A DNA stretch of 64,000 bases, from contig JAAOMT010000694.1 in NCBI GenBank assembly GCA_016748015.1, positions 341,063 to 405,062 on the forward strand, written 5' to 3'. Each line of letters starts with the position of its first letter. Position 1 is the stretch's first letter. Shown piece after piece: positions 52,821 to 64,000 of the stretch. The notes below the pieces were generated by a model. That model had not been told where the DNA came from. It worked only from the letters and a program-made list of their open reading frames with translations, and ran no database searches. Origin of the DNA: Geosiphon pyriformis uo1. Lineage: Eukaryota; Fungi; Glomeromycota. A program made the position numbers and the translations under genes.

Positions 52821-54616
52821 ATGTCAAAGGTAAGAGTTTCTTGTGCTTTGGTAAAAACTTGTTTTCTGCCCCTCAATTAAATTTGAAATTGCAAGTTTCT
52901 CCATTTCTATCTCGAATTGATGGAATCCCTTTTCGGTTTTCGAGGGTAAGGAAATCTGGCTGCATTTCGATTTTTTTTTTCAAAGAAAAAGAACTAAGAT
53001 TTCAAATGATCCTTCAAAGAAGCCACGAATCGTTATACCTGGACTCTTGATCGATGGTTCACCTTTACAGTCACCTACCAAAAGTGAAGAATCATATGAG
53101 AAGGATTTAATTCGTACTCAAAAAGAATTTCAGGAATTTAATGAGTATCTAGATGAAATATCACAAAGCGTTGAGAAGCTGGTGAAAGAGGCTCCAGACT
53201 GGTTGAATGAAATTGAAGAAATAAAACAGAAACAAGGTAAGAAGGTAAGAAGGGTTCATCTTTCCTTAGCAAATTGGTAGATTTTCTGAAAGCTTACATG
53301 GATTTACTTAAATCCATGGTGACTTAAAGTCCTTCAATCAAAACACGTATTGCCTTCAGGCAGTTCAAGCCGCATGTTTATGTCTGTGAAGCCGTTTTTA
53401 TTTTTAATTTCAAAGTCAGCTATCTTGGGTCTAGCATATTTTTCATTTATTTCTTGGTAAATTATAACGTCATTCGGTCATTAATTTAGATAAAGTCGAA
53501 CAATCTATAACTGTCACACTTGAGGAGGTGTGTGATTCTGGGCATCATTTGGATAGATTGCAGAAAATGCAAGATGAAGCAAATGAAAAAATAAACAAAG
53601 ACCTGTTGGAAATTCAAAAACAACTTAGTGAGGTAATTTTCAAAGGTATTTCTTTCATTGAAGATTTCAAATGAATTTATTATATACATATATGTTAAAT
53701 TCATTTACAGCTTTTAAAAACCCATCAAGCATCAAGCGTCAAAATTGAAAATATCGATCATAGTCAGGCACAATCTAATCAGCAACTTGACATAATGTTA
53801 CAAGCTATACATGAATATGCTCGATTAATTGACGAATGTAGTAGCACAATCAAAAATTTTGATGATATCGGTGCTCCTGTTAAATATGAGTCATTGGATT
53901 TTTCACCATTTAAAAAAGGAGAGGTATGTAGAACTTTTTTGGTTCAATTGGTGTCGTCTTCCTAATTTCTTATATTAATATTCAGTTTATGAAAGGGCAG
54001 CATTTCATATTTCGAAGAACATATTTATCTTGCAAGTCGAGCGCTTACACCCTGTACAAGTTTATCAACATCTCGATCGGCATCCCCGAAATTTTTTCTA
54101 AAATCAGCTGGCATTTTATCACCGTTTAGCAGTTCATCAAATCAATCACCTGAGCTGCGGCCCTGGTCATTCTTACCCATTAGACAAACAGCAAAGCCCA
54201 AGCAGAGGCCTTTAAGACCACTGCCATATTATATACTTCGGCACCAACAACTCCTTTTGATGGCAATGCGCCGAGCGGCTGTTGGTCTGAAATTCTTTTT
54301 ATACGCGAAACAATTGAATGATTTGAAAAATGGGTATCCGGACTTAGATTTTAATTTATTTGGTGATTCCATAGACAATCGAATATTGGCAGAGTATACT
54401 TATCACACAAAATCATCAGGTTTTTACTCTAAGGACATTTATTACGATGATGATACTGAAAATTGGCGGACTAATAAAGATGGAAGAGGTAACATTAGAA
54501 TCCAGCAAGGTTGTAGAAAAGTTAGCATCTTAATACGAAGATGGGGCCGTGTTTTTCACTCCTATGATTTGCTAAAGTTTGATGAACGAAGCACAGTTGT
54601 CAAGCCAGCGGGATAG
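52821..54616 (+). CDS. Hypothetical multi-exon coiled-coil protein
   Basis: Phase-compatible GT-AG splicing joins MSK|FLH...FRG|KRTK...KQKQ|DKVEQ...QLSE|LLKT...KKGE|GSISY...KPAG*. The middle is E/K/Q-rich with heptad character. The first exons are uncertain (one 40-bp intron). Confidence 0.72.
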
Positions 54617-57399
54617 AATTAGCATCGAAAATGATGAAAATACAAAATTTTAATTTTAAGGCAACTCAATTCAAAAACCAGCAGTTTTTAAAAAACCAAT
54701 TCAGTTTCCAAATCATTGATAATTTTAAGCAAATGAGAAAAGAATAATTACATTTCAGTACCACAGTAATTTTGTGAATTTAATACAAGAAAGTTATTTA
54801 AAGCCCCAAGTTTTTAAAACCCTTTCAAGTCCATCTGAGAAGCAACTAATCACTCATAATTGAGTTGTATCTTTAGGAATTAATTAATTTAGAATATGAA
54901 AATCTCTTTAATACATATTCTTATTTCAGTTAGATTGAACCTTTTTTATTAAATGTCTCCACTTTTATTAAATAAGCAAAAGTTGAATTTTATCAATTTT
55001 GTAAAATTGATATTTTGGAATATTTGAAAACTCTCACGTAATGCAAATTTTCAAAGAAAATCTGTCCATTTTATATTCTTGAATTTTTTTCATTTGGGAA
55101 TATATAAAAGCACTTTTGTTTATCCATCTATACCTCAATCAATAAAATAACTTTTTAAGAAGCTTTCTACAGAAAATTAAGCTTAATTAACACAATAATT
55201 AGCATGCATATTCTTTTATTTTATTTTCGCCTACCACATTGCATGGTGTATAAAGTGTACTTATTTTTCTCGAGATTTTAATAAAAATCTGGTCTTATAA
55301 TCTTGTGATATTTTTAAAATGCTTTAATATGAAATTTTGAGTGGTAAATTTATCATACTCACAGAATTAATGATTTTGAAAACTTTCCAATGTTTAATTC
55401 TGCTCCAAATAGCAAAATAAAACGAAAATAGTTACAGTGTTTTCGAACATTCCAGAAAAAAATTCTGTATTTGATTACAATGATAATATGATTATTTATT
55501 TAAATTTATACCTAACTTACATAGCTTTTTCAAGTTACTTAATAATGTGATGAATTATTTAACTTTATGTAAAACCTATAAAAGTAATACATTGTAGCTA
55601 TTCATTCTATATATTTTTCAACAAATTGAACATTAACACATAACATTATTTATTTAAGCACAAGCAAAATCATTGAAATAAATAAACAGCAATTTATGCG
55701 AAAGATAAAAATTACCTATGCCGAATCAGTTCAAACTATCAGCAAGAAGACAAATTGCCTATTTGGAATAACACTTTTCAAAGCACAAAAGCATTAATGA
55801 CATGGTTTAAGGCTTAATTGGAAATACAGAGGCTTTGCAGTTTTTCTGAAATGAATAAATACAGAATAAAAAATTATGCAAAAAGCATGTTAAAAATATT
55901 AATTTTAAAACATAAAATTTATCTCTACTGTCAATTATACAAAATTTAAAATATTGTTTTGTTTTGCAATAAATTATTTAAGTAAATTTTACTTGTGTAT
56001 ATTAAAGTTATTTAATGTGTAAATTAAAAGTCTTGGCTTTATTAAAAATAATATAAAAATTATATCTTTAAATTTTAATGTGTGTATATTTATAGTTATT
56101 TAATTATACCAAAAATATAGTGTTATATTTATTGGCTTTTTATATACATAACAAGTTTTATAATAAATACATTTAGAAAAATAATAAATACAAATATTGC
56201 AAATTAATTTAGAACAATTAAATACAGTAATACATGTTAATAAAAATTTATTATTAATTTTTATTAAAAATATTGTTAAAAGTTTAACAACATTAATTTT
56301 AATTCTGTGTGTATTTTATAAATTACAAGTTTTTTAAAATTTTATAACCTTTTAAAAACAGTTAAAAAATTTTAATTTGTAAATATCATTGATTCTCTTA
56401 AATTAAAAAATAAAATTTTTATGCTGTCAATTGTAACATGACAAATTTTGTTTTTATATAAAAATTTAGTAAGTATTAAATCATTTTTTTGGTTAAAAAA
56501 ACTTTTTTTTGTGTAAACTATATATCTTTTTTGTTCTTTTTTTTGTTTAGAATAAGACAGTATCTTTAAATTTAATAATATGCTAGATAATATTTGTTTT
56601 TTCCAAAAAAAAATTTATTAAAATATAACTAAATTATCTTGATATTTTTTGAGTTAATTATTATTAAGTAATTTGTTTTGTGCTTGCTTATTTTTTTCCT
56701 GATATAAAATTAATTTTTCTAATAAATTGGACAAGATTTATATTTAATGTCAAAAAAACAAAAAGGTTAATTTCATCAGTATTTAACCTTAGAATTAGGC
56801 CACCAATAATTTTGTCTAGCTTTTTTTCTGGATTGGCAGAGCAAAATTTTTTAAGTATATTATAGTAAAACCAGCAGATAAGTTTTTTTATTGACCATTA
56901 TTAGCTTAATCAAAAATTTAGTGGTTTTTTTTTTACTTTTATTTTTTTATTGTTTTAAACTTATTTTGTTTAAATTTGCTGTTTTTCTATTTTAGCAAAC
57001 ATTGTTTAATAACAATAATTTGCTATTATGGATATTTTATTATATTAAATAGTAAATTCACATAATTTTTTATTGAACAAGGCTTTGGCTTTTTTTACCC
57101 ATTTATTGTCAATAATAATTATATATTTTTTAGTTCCCGAAATTCTTATATTAGTTGTAATCCAAATAAATATGACATTCGCGATTTTAAAATTTTTTGT
57201 TTTTATATATATTTGTTTCCAAACCGAATTTTCCATCAAATTTTCTTGGTTGTTATTTAGATTTTCGTTTTTGCTTTGGAGATAATGTTTTGAATGCGAA
57301 AATTAATCTGTTTGATTTGGTTAGTGAATTTATCAATCACGTGTCACGTATTACTGAGACTTTTATTGGTCGTTTTATCGGATCCCAATTTAAATTATT

Positions 57400-57800
57400 T
57401 AAAATTTTGGAAGACCAGGTAGGATATCTTTAATGACTTCAAATGTCTTGCACATAGAATCATATAAAGCCTTAGGCAACCCATAAATATTGACCACCTT
57501 ATTTGTAGCGTTAGTAAACGACAAGTTTCCAACACATGGTTAACCAAAGGTACAGATAAAAATTTTTAATTAATAGGCATTGGAGCGATTTGAGAGTGTG
57601 TTGCAGGGAAAGGTAAGATTGAGTGAAATTCCTTTTTGACAAACATCGGATAAAGCTACTGATACTAAATTTATAAAATCCGTTCTATCTTTATACATGT
57701 ACAAAGTAACTAATGTTTGTTGGCTATTGCTCTCTCGATATTTCTTAGAAATATAGATAATATCATTGCAAGTAAATTTAGAAAGATTAAAATCTTCAAT
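57400..57800 (-). pseudogene. Possible heavily eroded fourth lipase-like remnant
   Basis: Minus strand ICTFG*PCVGNLSFTNA (about 57505-57557) resembles the TFGxPRVGNxxFA motif; the rest is not recoverable. Confidence 0.35.
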
Positions 57801-58784
57801 ATTTAAAGTGAATAATATTATAAAAAAGATCAGGATAAATTAGCAAATAACTTACTAAAAATCCTCTGCTAGCAATCGGTTAGTTTTTTAGAAATTGATT
57901 GTTATCTTCTAAATTAAATTAATCGTTATTAAACTCTGAATAATATAAGAAGCCTCTAAACTATATAAGCTATTCGTTCGATAGAAATTTCGGTAGCAAG
58001 TAGTGAATAATTATTCGAGATATCGTCCAGGAAATAGTTGTTTGATGACAGTTAATTTACTAGTTGAAAGACTAGAGTCGATTAGATAGTGCTTAATAAA
58101 AAGAAAGAAATTATAAAGAAACATAAAATATATATTTAATTCATAAAAATGAATGCCAACACAAAAATTATTTATTCAGGTTTAAAAAGAGTAGATATAG
58201 CTTTAAAAGTTATTGGAAACTTCTAGATTTAAGCTCGGAATTTTAATTTTGAGAATTTCTACGGAACAAAGAATTCGGCTTTGATTAACATAGAATTTTC
58301 TAACTCCCAAAAAAATAATTTAAATTTCTAAACTTTAGAAAGGTTTTCGCATTAAATTTTTGATCCCTTTTAAGATCTTTAATCGGATCATCTCAAAACT
58401 CTTATGCAAAAGAAGTTAATAGAATATCACGGTAGTTGAATAGGAAATAGTGACGGAAATATAATTTTCGATATTGCGTGGATAAGAATAGCAAAATGAA
58501 TAGAAATGCAATATTATGTTAGAGAATTTTCATTCATCGTCCCTATTACTTGATTTTAAATATTAATATCAAACTATATTCACCGGGACTATTTATAAAT
58601 GATGCACACATGATAGAATGATAGAAATTCAAACATTGAATATTAAGAGCTTTCTCTTAAAAGAACAACATTTCTAATTCAGAATGCCATTAAAACGATG
58701 TTATATTTTTATTTATTACTTAAGGAGTAAAAAACATAACTTTGTGAACAATTTGAATAATTTGTGCAAATTTATATATATTTT

Positions 58785-59509
58785 NNNNNNNNNNNNNNNN
58801 NNNNNNNNNNNNNNNNNNNNNNNNNNNNNNNNNNNNNNNNNNNNNNNNNNNNNNNNNNNNNNNNNNNNNNNNNNNNNNNNNNNNNNNNNNNNNNNNNNNN
58901 NNNNNNNNNNNNNNNNNNNNNNNNNNNNNNNNNNNNNNNNNNNNNNNNNNNNNNNNNNNNNNNNNNNNNNNNNNNNNNNNNNNNNNNNNNNNNNNNNNNN
59001 NNNNNNNNNNNNNNNNNNNNNNNNNNNNNNNNNNNNNNNNNNNNNNNNNNNNNNNNNNNNNNNNNNNNNNNNNNNNNNNNNNNNNNNNNNNNNNNNNNNN
59101 NNNNNNNNNNNNNNNNNNNNNNNNNNNNNNNNNNNNNNNNNNNNNNNNNNNNNNNNNNNNNNNNNNNNNNNNNNNNNNNNNNNNNNNNNNNNNNNNNNNN
59201 NNNNNNNNNNNNNNNNNNNNNNNNNNNNNNNNNNNNNNNNNNNNNNNNNNNNNNNNNNNNNNNNNNNNNNNNNNNNNNNNNNNNNNNNNNNNNNNNNNNN
59301 NNNNNNNNNNNNNNNNNNNNNNNNNNNNNNNNNNNNNNNNNNNNNNNNNNNNNNNNNNNNNNNNNNNNNNNNNNNNNNNNNNNNNNNNNNNNNNNNNNNN
59401 NNNNNNNNNNNNNNNNNNNNNNNNNNNNNNNNNNNNNNNNNNNNNNNNNNNNNNNNNNNNNNNNNNNNNNNNNNNNNNNNNNNNNNNNNNNNNNNNNNNN
59501 NNNNNNNNN
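58785..59509. other. Assembly gap (725 N)
   Basis: Run of N. Confidence 1.
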
Positions 59510-60149
59510 GAAACAATGACCTTTTTTGATTTCGGGAAATAACAGTGGAAATATAATACTAATTTAGCCATATCCATGTCAAAAATATAGTTAATCATTT
59601 CAAAGAGTGATTTTTTCTTTGAAAAATTTCTCAATTAACCTAAAGATGTTTTTATTCTCAATGGCATGGCAGTACAATATTAACCATTTTTGATATCAGC
59701 TTTTCAATGCTTAGTGATAAGACTCGAGATTTAAATTAATATCACTCCTATTTTATAGATAACCTCGTTCTTTTACTTGATTTTTAGATTTTAACCTTAT
59801 AATATCCTCGATATAAAACCTAAATTCACCTATGTATGATTTGAAGAGAGTGTATAATATTTCTAGAACACTAATGAGTATTCACTATTATTCATAGAAA
59901 GGGATTGCTAAAATTTTATCTGTCTTAAGCCAATTTTCCAAAAATCGTTGATCTTTCTACACTAATCAAACTATGTAAATTCATCTTAAAAATTGGTAGC
60001 ACGCAATTATAGAGTACTCACACTAGCTTTATTGATATTATCATGAGGTAAAGCGAAAATTTCAATGGCTGAGTTTTAGCAGATCATGCGTTCAGTTAAT
60101 TAGATGAGCTTCCTTTTCACGTTGTTCTAAATATAGTCAAAATTTTCAT
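59510..60149 (+). repeat. Left arm of 640-bp inverted repeat
   Basis: Reverse complement of 63361..64000. Coordinate sums are constant (123510) and no mismatch was seen by eye. Confidence 0.97.
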
Positions 60150-61085
60150 AACCTAAAAAAGCGCAAAGGGACCATTGATTCCTTCATTGCGTTTAAAGTT
60201 ACATCAATTCATAATTGTGCAACCAACATGTAACCAATAAAATTGCTTCAATGTGATAGTAAATATAAACATCCACAGCAATCGTTTACTCTACTAACTT
60301 AACTAGGAAGACAGATTCTATAATTTTTTTGGAAATCTGTATTACTTTATCGATGAGTAAATTTACATCAAATAAGGATTAGGTATGCATTTCATAAATT
60401 GAATTATAAATTTAATAATATCATTGGGTATCAGTGAAGAGCTTTAATTTTTCCTTTTCATGTACGGTAAAATCTTACAATAAGGGAATAAAAACAGATC
60501 CAGGTCCAAATTTGTCTTGTTCGAAAATGGACGTCACCCATGCTAGGACAGCTAAATTGTCACGATGCAAATTTAATTTCAAATACTTTTTATTTGACTA
60601 TGCTTATGGGCAGAAAAGCATACCATTTTGTTTTTTCAGGTAAGTTATGGCCTAACCATTAATGTAAAATCCTACATATAAAAACTCAAACAATCAAATC
60701 TATTGTGCTGATTTGTATTTACATTTTAAAAGTTATCACACCAACCATTTTAATATTAGAAACTTTTGAAATGTTTTTAAGTTCAGGGTGGCGTTTCAGA
60801 GTTAAAATTTGTTTGGTGAAAGTGAAATTCTACATTATTCTTGCGATTAGTTTGGTTATCAGCGTACAAAGACTTTGATAGTTTCTAGTTATTATATAAA
60901 ATTTTCGGATGTTTTGTTGTATGGTTCAAATGTAACATCGTTCGAGGCCATACAGAAATTAATTTTAGGTAATGATGAAATGTTTCTAATATTTGAAATG
61001 AAAAATTTAAAGCTATTAATTCGTCTCAAGTGAAAAGAGACGTATTATTTTCAAGGAGGATAATGTCTATTCTAATTTTGATTTT

Positions 61086-62319
61086 TTAAACTTTTCTTCC
61101 GTAAACACGATATGTTCGATCAACAGTTTTGTAAATTTCATACTCGTTTTCTACAACTTCCAACAAATCATCGAATTCTTCATCGGTTATATCGAGTCTT
61201 GAGGTGATTATCGCTCGTAGGTCTTCCCATAGAATCCGTATATTTTGTTTTCCCTAAATACATATTTTGATGAAATCTATTAGTTAATGCAATAAGATAG
61301 GAAGGAGTTTTGAACATTAATAAATCAACGTACCAAATGACCAATTGGCCCACCCCAGCTACCAAGTGGTATATCACGTTCTCTGAATTGAATATTTTCC
61401 ACAGAATTTGTGCTTTGTAAAAAGTTTTCTAAGTGATTTGAAATGTACGGTTCAATCCCTTGTTTCCTTACTGATTCTTCCCCTTTTTTTGATGAAAAAT
61501 ACATAGATTTACTTATTAACTCTAAATCAAGCAAACTAATCTCAATAAATCAAATACAAAAAAAACAACCATCAACTTACAAGCATGACAAAACTTTCTG
61601 GTAACTGGTCCACACCTAGCAAGCCCGACATTTACCTCCGTTAATTCAATCCATCCACCTTGTTTTGTAACTCTTATTAATTCATTGATAACTTTTTCCC
61701 ACTGTTTAGGTGTAAAAGCCAACACGAGAAATCGTTGGTGTACTAGGTCAAACTTATTTGAATCTACCCAATAGAGTCCTTCAAGAATATTTGCCTGTTG
61801 AAATTGAACATTTTTAGGAAGGTTTGTTGTTGGGAAAACTTTTGGTGAGAGATCGAAGCCAAAAAAATTTGAACTTGGGTAATGAGATGCTGTATCTAAT
61901 GTCCATGCTCCAGGCCCACATCTGAAAAATATTTTAATATTACTTTATCTAAAACGTCAAGAAAAAGATGAATTCAAAACGTAAAAAAAATAGTTTTCTC
62001 ACCCAACATCCAAAACTTGACCCCCGCGCTCCAAAATCTCACGAACCGGAGCCAAAAAGTTTCCAGCCCATGCCAATTTTGTTACTTCATGTTGTAATTT
62101 TAGTCGATTGATTTCTGATTCATCATTTGGTAATGAGTATGGTGAGTTGATTACGTTATGAAATCTACGACCTTTAACATATCGATATTCAGGTCTTTGG
62201 TTCGATGATGATGATGATTGCGCGAATTTTGTTCCGGAAGACTGAGATGACCATAGTTTTAGACCATGATTATAAAAAGACGCGAAAGGGTTATGAGGAG
62301 TTAATAGTAACGCAGCCAT
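61086..62319 (-). CDS. Class I SAM-dependent methyltransferase (LaeA-like), paralog 3
   Basis: Four exons: GRRFHNVINSPYSLPNDESEINRLKLQH...GNFLAPV...VLDVG|CGPGAW...FFGFD...FDLVHQRF...ELIRVTKQGGWIELTE...|...IPLGSWGG...|...YRVYGRKV*. Confidence 0.94.
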
Positions 62320-63360
62320 CTTAATAGTTTTTAATTATAAATATTAATTATGGTTTTTGGGAACTTCTAAGGTAAATAGTTGCGACTTCTTGCAAATGCA
62401 ATAGATGTTGAAAAGTAAAAAAATATTCTAAAAAACTCCGAATTTCATTCGACGCCTATTTATTAACCTTTCCACAAAACACAAATTTTTAAATTAAATG
62501 ATGATGTGCAATCAATTTTTTCTTTGTACTCACATAGGGAATATGAAATCGGTTTAATATTACGCCGTGAGCTATTTAGCAAAGGTTTTCCTTGGCGATA
62601 GTTTATTTAATATAATAATATTATAACCCATTTTATTCCGTTAAATCTTCACCATTTGACGAAAATATATTTTAAATTATTTGCCCACAGCTCATTTTAA
62701 AGTTAAATAAAAAAATGGTATAAAATAAACTTGACGAAAAACATTATGATCTATTTACATTAAAAAATTATTATAGTTAATTGTTTAAGGGATGTTCATC
62801 AGTGGCAAATCTTTATTTACATGGAGCTCATTATTAGTTTTGCACAAACAGCTTTATAAAACTATGCCTCCCCTAAATCATTATTGAAACAAATTAAACA
62901 ATCATCCGAGAAATTCTAAAGAAGATGACTTCAGTTCTCTAAAAACATAAAGATTCCTTTTTCTAAAATTGTATTCGCAGAGAAAAAAGAATTTTCTTTT
63001 TATTCCACCCGTTGCTAAAAAGCAATTAATTAAAAATTTACATTTAAATTTCCCGAACAGCTCATTAAGTCCGTTACTAAGGGATTCTACTATGTGTAAA
63101 TTTCTTGGGTACAAAATTATCCCGGATTTTCAGATTCATATCGAATTCAGATGATGGTTTATGAAAGAAGTCCAATTACCTGCAGTAGGCTTATGTATTT
63201 CATAGTGAGTGGATTCATGAAAATGTAACACGACAATATCTTGCATAAATCCAAACCCTAGAATTTTAAATTCAACCCCGAAGAAATCAAATCGTTCCCT
63301 TTGCCAATTTTTAGGTTTTTAAGTCTGAATTAATAATTGCTTGGCAAAAACCTCATGAGA

Positions 63361-64000
63361 ATGAAAATTTTGACTATATTTAGAACAACGTGAAAAGGAA
63401 GCTCATCTAATTAACTGAACGCATGATCTGCTAAAACTCAGCCATTGAAATTTTCGCTTTACCTCATGATAATATCAATAAAGCTAGTGTGAGTACTCTA
63501 TAATTGCGTGCTACCAATTTTTAAGATGAATTTACATAGTTTGATTAGTGTAGAAAGATCAACGATTTTTGGAAAATTGGCTTAAGACAGATAAAATTTT
63601 AGCAATCCCTTTCTATGAATAATAGTGAATACTCATTAGTGTTCTAGAAATATTATACACTCTCTTCAAATCATACATAGGTGAATTTAGGTTTTATATC
63701 GAGGATATTATAAGGTTAAAATCTAAAAATCAAGTAAAAGAACGAGGTTATCTATAAAATAGGAGTGATATTAATTTAAATCTCGAGTCTTATCACTAAG
63801 CATTGAAAAGCTGATATCAAAAATGGTTAATATTGTACTGCCATGCCATTGAGAATAAAAACATCTTTAGGTTAATTGAGAAATTTTTCAAAGAAAAAAT
63901 CACTCTTTGAAATGATTAACTATATTTTTGACATGGATATGGCTAAATTAGTATTATATTTCCACTGTTATTTCCCGAAATCAAAAAAGGTCATTGTTTC
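63361..64000 (-). repeat. Right arm of 640-bp inverted repeat
   Basis: Ends ...aaaaaaggtcattgtttc, the reverse complement of the first bases after the gap. Confidence 0.97.

Noticed and set aside
58684-59634. Long ORFs of X
   Set aside because: They only span the N gap.

Overview
Eukaryotic, intron-containing, very AT-rich fungal DNA. The gene families (LaeA-like methyltransferases, class 3 lipase-like proteins, TLDc and Sel1 pseudogenes) best fit a Glomeromycotina fungus such as Geosiphon pyriformis; this is an inference. Positions 1-4.1 kb hold a LINE retrotransposon inactivated only by nonsense transitions. About 4.1-31 kb is mostly transposon and pseudogene debris stripped of G/C: an older LINE ORF1, Ty3/Gypsy pol, Tc1, TLDc and a 28S rRNA fragment. 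The gene-bearing part has three class 3 lipase-like paralogs (one a pseudogene) that ALL carry Gly in place of the catalytic Ser (GHGxGG). It also has an intronless 83-aa secreted precursor with two KR sites, three LaeA-like SAM methyltransferases and a multi-exon coiled-coil gene. A short block reads like Mollicutes (code 4) DNA, and after a 725-N gap a 640-bp inverted repeat encloses the third methyltransferase. The best candidate for an undescribed system is the family of secreted, catalytically dead pseudo-lipases, possibly together with the neighbouring Kex2-type peptide. Exon boundaries and pseudogene translations were read by eye; no searches were run.
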